Positions 53,190 through 64,000 of a DNA stretch of 64,000 nucleotides are shown here, piece after piece. The DNA is from the human T2T-CHM13v2.0 reference genome, Homo sapiens. The notes under the pieces are model-generated. The model was not told where the DNA came from. It did no database searches and was given only the letters and a program-made list of their open reading frames with translations. Within the stretch, counting starts at the first letter, position 1. Every line of letters starts with the position of its first letter. The DNA lies in the NCBI RefSeq assembly GCF_009914755.1, contig NC_060940.1, one strand, 5' to 3'. The translations under genes and the position numbers were made by a program.

Positions 53190-53440
53190 TAAAGAAGAGA
53201 GATGACCTTGACATGTTAAAAGCATCTAATGCAGCCACAAGGTCTAGGAAGAGCCCTGGAAGATGTCTCTGGGGTTATCTCTCTTGAGCTTCCTGGTAGC
53301 CTTGGTGAGGGCAGTTTCACTGCGGTATTGACTGGAGGTGAGAATGGCCTTGGATGATAGAAAGAACACCTCTTCCAGCCCCTGGTGCTGTGTGCTCAGT
53401 GGACATTTGCGGAATACACTTTGAATAAATGAATGTATGA
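53190..53440 (+). mobile_element. L2 fragment
   Basis: Ends ...tgctcagtggacatttgcggaatacactttgaataaatgaatg. Confidence 0.45.
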
Positions 53441-53549
53441 TAGACCCAAGCAGCTTGTTACCCCATATGCACGTACCCCCATTCTTCCATGCTAAGTGCA
53501 TCCTGTTTTAGTTCTAGAAGGCAACACAACCCCTTCCAGGTGATAGAAC

Positions 53550-54150
53550 ATCATGGACATAAGCTAATCCTGCCAATCCTATTCTCGGTCTTCCCTGTTT
53601 CCATTGCAGCTAGGGACAGATCTGTGACCCTGCTCTGGCCAATGAGACCTAAGTGGAAGTTTCTGGGGGAGTTTTGGGAAAGCTTTTACATTTTTGGTTA
53701 AAGTTGCAATGTCCTTCCCCCCTTCTCCCTCATCCTGCCTTCATTCATTGCTTTCATTCTGCAGCGCAGGACTGTCCCTGAGAAGTGGCTGCCTTCCCCC
53801 TGCATTGAGATTTGACTCCGTCATTGTTTCTCACCAGTGATGAGAAAGGAAATGATACATGTAACATCTGGACCAAGATTCTAAGGACTAGATGTGCCTG
53901 TCCCATGTTCTGTCTTTTACCCGGTGAGTGAGGTCCACAGAGAAAAGGCCCTAGAGAGTAGCAGAGCTGCAAGACAGAAGGAGTCAGGGTCCCTAAAGCA
54001 CCATGTAGAGGACAGTACCCGGTGACCAGAAGCACTTGCATTGGAATGGTAGGGCATTTAGAGGTTCTAGACTGTTAAGAATTTCTATTCCTATAAGCAT
54101 TAACGTTTTGGGGATTGCTTGTTACAGAACTAACGCTATCCTAACATATA
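53550..54150 (+). mobile_element. MLT1K/L-like MaLR LTR
   Basis: gtgaccctgctctggccaatgagacctaagtggaagt...ttgcttgttacag. Confidence 0.55.
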
Positions 54151-57109
54151 TAGTTACTTTTTGCATGATTTAAAGCAAGTTACTTCAACTCTCTCTCTAC
54201 CTTGTTTCTTCTTCGGGAAATTGGAGCTATCTGCAGGACCTACCTCTTAGGATGGTTGAGACAAATACATAAAGCACTTAGCACAGTGCCTGCTCCATAG
54301 CATGTGCTCATTACATGCTAACAAATTTTCTTACTATTATTATCATTCCTGAATTGGGGATGAGTTAGGTGACCCCTAGAGTCTCTCATAGCCTCAAGAT
54401 CCTGAGATTCCCTCCATGGTTCAGATCCTAAGTGGAAAGAGCAAAAAGATGTTGTGTCTGAGGAGTCTCCAGGGGAGGTAAAAATACCTTCAAGGGCAGT
54501 GATGGCTGAAGTACAGAAGAGAGATTCCTTCCTTCTGCATTCCCCACCCAACTCTCAGACAGGCTCCTGGTATGCCTTCCTTTCCTAAACTGATGAAATA
54601 TTACCTGGAGCAGAGATCTGACATTCAATAATCAATCTTTCTTCTCCATTTTTGTATGATTCATGCTAGGAGACCAGTATGTTTCATTTTATCCTGGTTT
54701 GCTTTTGTTAAGCATACTGCTACTTTCTTGTACTGAGAAGCTGATATGAGAAACATTGTTTGAGAAACTTTTGAACAAATTCTCTCCTGCCTTCACAGTG
54801 GGGCTGTGCATCCTCTCTGAGCACAGAGAAAGAGAGAAAGCCCCAGGAAGGAGTCAGGAGTGCAGCATTCCAGTCCTGATTCTTCCCGTTCATTGCTCTT
54901 CTCAGGCCTCAGTTTCCTCATCTGCAAAGTGGGATAATAATATTTCCTATTTAAGAGGATTATAGCAAGGTACAAATAAATTAATATATGTCAAATCACT
55001 AGAACTGTGCTTGGCATATAGTAAATTATCAGTAAGTGTCAGCAATATTTAACATTATTGCTGTTGCTATTATTGTTGTTCTTATCAGTGGGTATTTACT
55101 ACAGGCAGGCACTGAAGAGGAAGACACAAAGTTGACTACAACTGAGTCCTGTCCTTGAATATCTTTTAGTCAATCAAAAGAGACTGATAGATAAGCAAAC
55201 AATTACAAGAAAATGCAGTATAAGCTTCAATGAGAAAGGCAACCCATCCTGGCTTGGGAACAGGGCAGGACTCCATAAAAATGGGGTCTTGGACTAGATG
55301 ATTTCCAAGGTTTTACTCAGATACCTTCGGTCATCCTTAGAAGCAGAACCCAGAACAGGGATACAGTTGATTCTTTTTTTTTCCAGAGAAAGAGATTAAG
55401 AGAAGTGGGCTAGAGTAAGGGAAAGGGCTAACCCGGAACTTGGTCTTAGCTGATGTCTAGTTTCAGCCTAAATGCCCGGTGAGCCCCAGAGCATGAATCA
55501 CAACTCAGAGGGATTTCCATTCAGAGGCCAGGTGTCTAGGCTTTCATCCCCTCATGTCAGTTGATCATTGGCTACTGGTCATTCTCAGGGATTGGGGAGT
55601 TTAACCCCCCAGGAAAAAGGGCTCACAATCTTCTCAGGACAATTGTCTGGAAAAAGGAAAACCTGTGAGCCACTAGCAGCCAATACTTACAGCCACCGAA
55701 GGCTGCATGCCCCAGCCTATAGAAGGATTCTAGCCAGGGCACCAAAGGATTCATTATACTCTTAGTCTACAGTTTCAGACTCCACAGGCTACAGGACTTG
55801 CCTCCATCTTCATCAGTCAATTGGGGAAAAGGATCCTAGCCCTGCCTCTCTTAGAAAGCAAATCTATGGCTGACATGAACCAGTGTAGGGTCACCAAGAC
55901 TGCAAAGCTGAGAGCTAGGCCAAAGAGCAGGGGTCTGGAAAGATTCCCAAAGACTTGCCCTACTAACCTGCCACCTGCAGGCCTGTTGGTGACAGATGGG
56001 CCAAACCTCTTGACCAGAGGGAAAGGACATTTGGGAGAGTCTTCCAGGGGACTGCAGGCCTGTCCTGTACTCTGGCCACTCCTCCCCAACGGTAGAAAAA
56101 CCAGTTTGGCCTACTTCAGAATTCACTGAAATAATGAATAAAATCAATATGTTCTTCAAGCCTCAGCTTCCTCATCTGAAAGGGTCATTGTAGACCATAA
56201 TGCTAATTTGAGGATTAAGTAACATAATGACTTAGAGAAGGCTTAGCCTAGTGCCTGGTAGATAGGAGACCCTCACGATTGAGTGAATGATGGTGAGAAA
56301 TAAACTCTGACTCATTTTCTTCTCATGTGAAATTAGGTTGACAATACCCACTTGGAGAGATGATGAGAGAAAATATGAGATTGTCATTGTCAAGTGCTCA
56401 GCATAGGCCTGGGGCTTGGTGGTTCCCAGTAAAGGTTGTGAAATGAAGGTGCAATGAGCTGAGAATAATGCCCAGGAAGAGCATGCACAGCACAAGCTGC
56501 ACCATAAGCACGTACCTCTTTGGATCATGGGAAGGTGTGTACCTATGACCAACCAGACCCTGGGTGTGTGGACCCCCTGCACACTGCTCTCTGTTTTGAG
56601 CTTTTAGCACGTATCTGCCCTCTTCTCGGGCCTTCTTCAGCCATGCCTGTGCCTATCTGGCTTAGGTAGTGGCTCATTCTTTCTTGAGCAAGGGCTTCTT
56701 ACTCTCTGCTAGGTGGGGGGCTTTGTCATGCAAAATCCAGGCTGAGCTGATGTCGAGACATAGGGAGCTGATTTTTAATTAAGCAGCTTGAAAATTGGCA
56801 GAAGAGGCAGGAAGCATGCACTGCAAAGCCTCTGGCACTTGGAGTTCTGCTGCTCATGGAAAGAGCCACTGGAAGTATTCAGGGAAAAAGTGCTCTGGGT
56901 CTTGGATGTCTGGAGATCAAGATTCTGGCTCCAGATTGGCTATGAAGACTTGAGCAAGTCTCTCCCTCTCTCTCTCTGCTTTAGTTTACTTATCTGTAAA
57001 GTGGAGGGATGGTCTTGGTGTGCTCCGAGCTGCCTTGTAGGTCTAAAGGCTCTGAGCCTATGTAGTGAACATCTAAGGAGCCGTTCCTGACCCTGTCACC
57101 TACAGCTTG

Positions 57110-57480
57110 GACCTGTTTCCTCTCTAATACATTTCCTGCTCTACAGGGAAATATATTTCCCAGGCTCCCTTGTCAAGGGCCTCCTTGTCTGTTGGACAAA
57201 TAGGAGAGACTGAAAGGAGATTGACAGGCTATAGGCAGGACAAGCCTTGGTGCATTTTCTCCCCTTGCTGAGCCTTTGGCAGTGCCGTGTCTCCTCAGTT
57301 GCTCCAGCTCCCAACTGGGCAGCTCCATTATAGTGACTCCAGATTCTGGGCTTTGGTGACACCACCCCCTACTATTACCACTCCAGCCCTAGGCTGCCTT
57401 GCCATTCTGTTTGGCTTCCCAATTCTTTCCTCAATTGTCTAATCAATTCTCTCTATTAGATTGCCCCTGCAATGGGGAGA
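57110..57480 (+). mobile_element. LTR33-like ERVL LTR
   Basis: tttcccaggctcccttg...ggacaaataggagagactgaaaggagattg. Confidence 0.5.
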
Positions 57481-57665
57481 GTTTGGTCGGAGAGAGAGGA
57501 CAGGCAGACAGACTCAAGCCTGAGCCAGCCAGAGAAGACAGCAAGTCTGAAAGACCCAGCCCTGGGAAACTTTCAGAGCAGCTTTCAAACCAACACTTAC
57601 TTTTCTGTCCACAATGACATGAGCATGTAGTCAGAGGTCACAGTTCAGAAAAGAAACAAAGCAAT

Positions 57666-58077
57666 TACTATGGTTTGAATGTGTCCCCCAGAGTTCATGT
57701 GCTGGATACTTGATACCCAATGTGCTGGTGTTGGGAGGTGAGACCTTTAAGAGGTGATTAGGTCATGAGGGCTCTACTCCCATAAATGGATTAATGTGTT
57801 ATCACAGAAGAAGGTAGGTTATTGCGGGAGTGGGTTCCTTATGAAAGGACAAGTATGACTCTTCTTTCTTTCTCTCTATTTCTCTCTCCGTCTCTCTCTC
57901 TCTCTGGCTCTTTGCCCTTCCACCATAGGATGATGCAGCAAGAAGGCCCTTGCCAGATGCAGGCTCCTCAATCTTAGACTTCCCAGCCTCCAGAACCACG
58001 AGTTAATACATTTCTGTTTATTATAAATTATCCAGTCTCTGGTATTCTGTTATAGCAGCACAAAATGGAGTAAGACA
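57666..58077 (+). mobile_element. MSTB-like MaLR LTR
   Basis: tactatggtttgaatgtgtcccc...gacttcccagcctccagaac...gcagcacaaaatggagtaagaca. Confidence 0.9.
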
Positions 58078-58894
58078 GCCAGGGTGGCTTCTATAGCTTC
58101 TTACTCCCATCCATACATGACTCTCTGGGGTGGCACTGGAGAGCTCTTCTCCTGGGAACTACAGCTCTGAGCCCCTTCTGTGTTCCTTACCATTTCCCAA
58201 CCTAGAATGTCTTCTTCCTCCTTGAAGTGGGGCAGGCCTCTGGGAGGCTCTGGATCACACATCTGAGACATGGAAGAGTTGTTTGATTTGTCTCAGTCTG
58301 AACCCCTTGTTTGTAACCACTTAGCAACACTGCCTTTCATGGAAATGACCCGGAGAGATAAGACAGAGCTCCCTCTAGCTAGACATGATGATGGAGACTT
58401 TGTGGAGGAGGGTCCTTAGAGCTGGATAGGGCTCTGCTGGGTGGGAACCCAGGGAAGGGGATTCTAGGTGGGGGCAATGGACAAAGGCTCAGAGGTAAGA
58501 ATGCTTGACATGTTTAGTGGGTAGTGGAGATGAAGTTTGACACCTAGATGGAATAAATGGAGAAAAGACCTTAAAAGAGACGTAGGACTATGCTTTCTAC
58601 ATTCACCATCATACTTATAACAACCGATGGAGTAAGTAATATGGCTACACTTTACCCATGAGGTAGGTGAGGCTCAGACCTGTGAATAAACCTGACCAAG
58701 GTCCCAGAGCTCGTAAGTGGCAGCTTGCTCCTGGATCTGAACCCAGGTCTGTCTGATTCAAGAGCCACCATGCCTTATTCTTAATTACTGTATGGCTCTA
58801 CTTTACCAACATTGAATCTCATCCAATGCTAGGCATATGAGCTTCACATACTTGCAGCATAAATTTGAGATGAGATTCTGGAAGAAGATTGCAT

Positions 58895-59410
58895 CAGTTA
58901 GGGATGTGGTCAGCTGCAATTAATAATTCTTCTACCGTGGCTCAAACAGAAGAGAGTTTATTTTTTATCACACAACCAAGAGTCTATGAACAGAAAGCCT
59001 GGGGCTGTAAGTGACTCAACAACATTAGGGACTTCGGCCATATCCATCTTTCTGCTCCACCATGCTTAGCATAGTGGTCTTGAGCCTCAAGCTTGTAACT
59101 TCATAGTCACAGCATGGCTGCCGTACCTCCAGACTTACATCCACATTCCAGGCAGGAAGAAAACAGGAGAGAAGGAGAAAAGGGCAGCATATATGTCAGA
59201 ACAACAAAAACTTTCCCAGAAACTCCAAGTCTGTGTCTTATTAGTCAGAACTGTGTGGTGAACCATAGCTTTAAAGAAGAATAAGAAAGCTTTTTTTCTG
59301 GGCGGTGGGGGCGGTGCAGCATATTGCTACCCTGAGAACAAACTGGGGTTCAGTTGGTCAGCAAAAAGGAATAATGAATCTGGAGTGGGAACTAGCAGTT
59401 CTGTCTCAAA
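58895..59410 (-). mobile_element. Old MaLR LTR (MLT1J/K/L-like)
   Basis: gcatggctgccgtacctccagacttacatccacattccaggcaggaag. Confidence 0.6.
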
Positions 59411-59559
59411 AGTGGAAGTTAAAATATTATTAACCGTCTCCTGAGAACAACCCCTTACCACTGATTCTCCACAATTCAGCTGCAGTGAACAATCAACTAA
59501 ATTGAACCAAGAGCCAAGTATTAAACAGTTAGGATTTCACCATCACGAATTTGAGAAAT

Positions 59560-59860
59560 ATCTCACTGTTTTCTCTGCCACAAGCTATTTATAGAAACTG
59601 ATTTCTAATAAACACAGATTGGCAGGTGTGTGTGTTGCAGGGGGGAGGTCAATAGTGCACCCACACAGCTTTATTGATGCCTTGTCAATCAACTGCTCTT
59701 ATTTTGTTGTTTAATTTTTTTTAAGTGCATGTAAGCACTTTCCCTGCTAATAGCAGATTTATTGAACAGCACCACAAAGCAGTTCATCTCCCCCATAGAC
59801 TGTGGCAGCTGGTTATCAACTTTGTGGCTTCAGGTCGGAGGGTAAATTGACCCCGTATCC
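59560..59860. promoter_or_regulatory. Candidate PBX/MEIS/HOX enhancer
   Basis: TGTCAATCA (=TGATTGACA) at 59683, GATTTATTG at 59756, TTTATTG. Confidence 0.45.
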
Positions 59861-60487
59861 ATGGCCCCTTCCAGGGGAATTGCAGGGGTCTCAAAAATTC
59901 AATACAGTCCAATAAAATGTCCTACCCCTCACTCTCCAGGAACCTAACTCAAGGCCTCAGCTTTGCTGTCAAACCAAAGGATGTAATTTGACAAATGGAA
60001 CATCTAAGCATGTGGTCATGTTGGCAGTTTTGTTAAGACCCAAGGAGAATTTTCTTATCTTAGGAATTTGGCCTTTCCTAAAATTGTGCCTGAGCATGCA
60101 CACTCCTTGCTCTGATTGAATCAGCTTCTAGTTAAACCATGCCTGGTGCTCACCCCTCCCAAGCCTGGCATTTAGGCCCAACTTAGCCTACCTCCTGTAT
60201 CTCATTTCCCCTTCTCTCTGTCTCTTATACCCACTCCAACCAAATGTGTTATTTGCTAATTCCTACACACACCTGGGCATTATTCCCACCTCACCTGGAA
60301 TGCCCTCCTCTCTCTTCTTCTCTGACTTTCCACCTCCCCAATGACTTCACTTCTTGTCCAAATTCTTCCCATTCCTCCAGGCACATCTCCAAATCTTCAT
60401 TATTTAATAAACTACCTCTTATCATTCTCAATGAATGAAGCCTAATCCTCTTATGAAAGCCCAGTATTGGTATTTCTGGAAGTTCAG

Positions 60488-60530
60488 ATAATGATGATGA
60501 TAATGATGATGATGATGATGATGATGATGA
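60488..60530. repeat. (ATG)n microsatellite followed by an antisense MIR (60540-60740)
   Basis: Direct reading. Confidence 0.9.
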
Positions 60531-61879
60531 AAGCAGTTCTCATTTATCAACCTCTTACTGTGTGCCAGGCAAGGTGCTTTTCATGGGTAATCTCATTTTA
60601 TCTTTTCCGTGACTCCATAAGGCAGGTGCTATCCTTATTTCCATTTTATAGACAAGGAAGCAGGGACAGAGAGAAGTTAAGTGGCTTGGCTGACGATACA
60701 TAGCTGGCAAGCAAAGGGATTTTGAACCCCTAGAAGCACATTTCAAGGCTGTCATATTTGGCTTTATGTCTTTGTGAATGTGCCTGGTTCCCACCACCCA
60801 CCTCTGGTCAGTGTAACTACACACTCCAGGAAGCAGGAACCCTTGAGGGCATAAGATAGGCCCAAGTCTCAGCTTACAACATCTGAGAAAGGGGAATATG
60901 CAAAGAAAAGACCAGGAAAAGTTCAGTTGATCCAGAAGAGGCTGTAGTCAGTCCCAGGCCTTGGTGTCCAAAGATATGAAAGAAAAAAAAAGGTTCTTGG
61001 TTGACACCTCTGGCAAAATGAATCCAGCAGAGACTGGGAGGAGGGCATGGTTCTCAAAGTTTGAAATACTTAAACCAAAGCTCTTTTGACAGAGAGGCTG
61101 TCAACAGGCCCTCTAATGTGGAAACAACAGCTGCCTGCACAGGGTTTAACAGACAGATTCTCAGAATAAAGCACGTCTTCAGTGAAGATTAACTCCCCTC
61201 TGGGGAGGGCCTGCCTGACAACTTGCCCCTCTCATTTGTACATATTACCAGCCCTTTGGTTCCAGGAAGTGTTGTGGCTGTGAGGGCAGATTGGGGCCCG
61301 TTGTCTGCCGTCTGCTGTTCTTCCTCTGGTCAGCAAAGCGATGCCAGCGAAGATGGAAGCACTTAAAAAGGCATCATTTGTGATGACTCAGATCTGGAGG
61401 TTTGACTTAGGGGAGGTCTGTTAATCCCGCCCCTTCAATTAATCCCCCCAAGACTTGCCATCGAAACCCAGTTAGCTGTCTAATCTTAGAATGAACAAGA
61501 GAGCAGAGGACTTGAGGAATTTAAATGTTCCAGGAAGAAAGAGCAAGACTAGCTTGTGGGGAGAGGAGGAAAGAGGATGCTTGGTTCTGTATGCCCAATC
61601 AAGAACATCAGACTCATCTGGGAATCTGGGGGGCCTGGTCTCTAAGGCTCTGCAAGGCAAGTGACTTTCTATTATGGGACAGTGTTCGCCCCCCTGCTAA
61701 GCTCACAGTAACCACATAACATAACACAGCATGTCAACATAACACTGCGAAGGCATTGCATCAGATGAGGACGGGAATGGCGGTGATTACCCCTTTATTA
61801 AGGCTAGACAGAATGGTTTAAAGCAGGGGTAATGAAGTCAAACATCTTACAGAGTTATAACATAGGCTATTACTGCCTA

Positions 61880-62250
61880 CCCCTGGACCTTCCAGCAAAA
61901 CATATCATTCCAGTGTACTGTTTTCTGCCGCCAGTATAAGCCTTTCTTTCCTAGCGCTTTCTCCAGCCAATGCCTCTCTCCCTGCTTGTGCAATCTCAAC
62001 AGTCAACTGACAGGAGTGGGTGTACAAATACCCCAGCTCCCTTGCCCCTCTGAAGCAATGACTCAAAACATGTTCTGTGCTGACTCTCACATGGTCGCAA
62101 CATGATTTAACTCCAGCTGCCTACAGCAGTAACTTGCTCATCTACACATTTTTATTGGCTCTCTTCTCCCTGTCTTACTTTCCCATCTTCTACAGGTGTT
62201 TTCTAGAATCACTTCCTGAGTAGAATATCTGCTTTCCATTTTTGGTCCCA
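61880..62250 (+). mobile_element. LTR16-like ERVL LTR
   Basis: tacaaataccccagctcccttgccc...actccagctgcctacagcagtaacttgc. Confidence 0.6.
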
Positions 62251-63909
62251 GGATCTTTTCAAAGTATGGGGAACAGTCTTTAAAGTACTGGAAACATCTC
62301 ACCTACAAAGGTGTGACTGTTGTGTGGCTTCCCATGTGGTATGCCCCAGTTCCTGAAACACAAAGTCAGAACTGGAAATCACAGAGTCCAACCCAAAGCT
62401 CTAGTGACAAGTCATCCCCTGGCCTCTCCTTACATATCTGTAGTCATCAGGGGTTCACTGTCTCCCATGCCAATCCATCACATGGCTAGGTGGCTGTCAT
62501 GTTCAGAAAGTCTTCTTTTCTGTGATAAAAGCTACCTCTCTAAAACTCATCCTCAGTGGACAAATTCTGCTTTGTGGAGCTACGTACTTAAGATAGTGAA
62601 ACTCAGCAAGAAGATAAGGAAGTAGGTTGGGTGGATGCAACAGAATCTCCAGGTGAAAGAAGGGGTAAATGATGTAAATGGTTTGAAATTGCACAATTCA
62701 ATTTATAATATTTAAAGCTGAGAAATGAAAAATAAATACTATTTTCCATGATACAAACAACAGCTTGATGACATCTTGGCTGATGGGATACCCAGAGGTC
62801 AGAGCCACTTGTGCCCTTTCAGAGGACAGGTACCAGAATCCCCAGGACATCAAGGAGTTTTATGTTTATCAACGGGGGACACGCTATTGGTTAAGTAGTA
62901 GAACTTAGTTTGATATACGTCTTACAGATTTGCCTTCAGACATATGAAGACAGCTGAATGCCTGCCCCTGGAACCCTTCCTCTTAGCAACAATCACCCCC
63001 AGTTCTTCTAGCCACTTCTCCTGGACTCAGGTCACAGTTCCCTCCTTGTTCGGGTCACTCTCCTTTAAGCTTCTTCCCAAATTGGCTCATCATGTGCTTT
63101 TCAAACTGTGCATGTACATCTGGGAAAGTAATCGGAGATAAGGTAGGGATTAGGTGAAACCTTAGGAAAAATGTTATTTTAAACCAGAAAATTTAATATT
63201 AAAGAAAACAAGAATTTTTTGGCAAGTGGACTATAATAGCAGAATAAAAATCTTAAATTTTTAAATGTAAAAATTCAGGAAACTTGAGATATACCTGTAA
63301 GCCCTGGTTGCTTCAGGGAATACCCCAAAATCATGGGGTTTATGAGTTCACATTCCTCTGCCTTTATCAGTGTTTTGATTGGCAAGTCTGAGGATCCCTG
63401 GGATGTCAATGTGTCCCCTGAAAGGGCAATGCCCAGAAGAAAAACCAAGTGGAGGGGGCAGTTGCCTCTCTGTTATAGGGCATATATAAGGAGCAGACAT
63501 GCAGCCTTGCCTTATTTATTACTGGCCAAACTTTAACCAGGCTGGAGCCAGCCTTGGAGTATACAGAAAGGAGAGTTTAGAGCTTGAATATCTTGAAAGC
63601 AAAACCAGTGGAAACTTTTCAGCGAAAATCTGGAATTTCTGGGCTACAGTCCCCCACGTTCTGGATGGAGGCAGGTCTGCTTATTTTTGTTTGGACCTCA
63701 AAATATAACATTTCTTTTTAAAACTTCTATAATCCAAAGAGCATGTGGTGATTTCTACAGTGACAATATGTTCATTTATTCATTACTTCAACAAATATTT
63801 ATTGAGCCTCTAACCATATGCCAGAAACAGTGTTTGGCAAATAGAGGTCCCCACAGATCTACTTTAATGACTAAAATCTGATGTATCATTAACATGCCCG
63901 CCATTGGCA

Positions 63910-63950
63910 TGTGTCCGTGTGCGTGTGAGTGTGCGTGTGTGTGTGTTTGT
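63910..63950. repeat. (TG)n imperfect microsatellite
   Basis: Direct reading. Confidence 0.8.
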
Positions 63951-64000
63951 AGGGCTTATTCCCTTAAGCAGGCCAAAGGAGGTCACTGACAGTCATGTTT

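Noticed and set aside
60467-60703. Poly-methionine ORF
   Set aside because: Product of an (ATG)n microsatellite running into a MIR

Overview
Primate (almost certainly human) non-coding genomic DNA. The basis is the Alu SINEs, L1PA/L1M LINEs, MIR/L2, MaLR and ERV solo LTRs, and hAT/mariner DNA transposon fossils. I find no credible protein-coding exon, RNA gene or CRISPR array; the supplied ORFs look like repeat-derived or random frames. Several TE-free, homeodomain-motif-rich blocks lie between the repeats and look like developmental enhancers, so the window reads like a gene desert or large intron. I cannot place it on a chromosome. Two structures stand out. (1) Three locally templated insertions lie within about 11 kb (37.5-48.4 kb), each inside an LTR; one is a ~440-bp two-segment forward-plus-inverted template-switch copy that also captured the first bases of an Alu. 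(2) One old L1 insertion shows a twin-priming 5' inversion, a 3' transduction and a 15-bp TSD. These are fossils of known repair and retrotransposition processes, not demonstrably a new biological system. Repeat subfamily names come from my recall of consensus sequences, and boundaries without a TSD are approximate.
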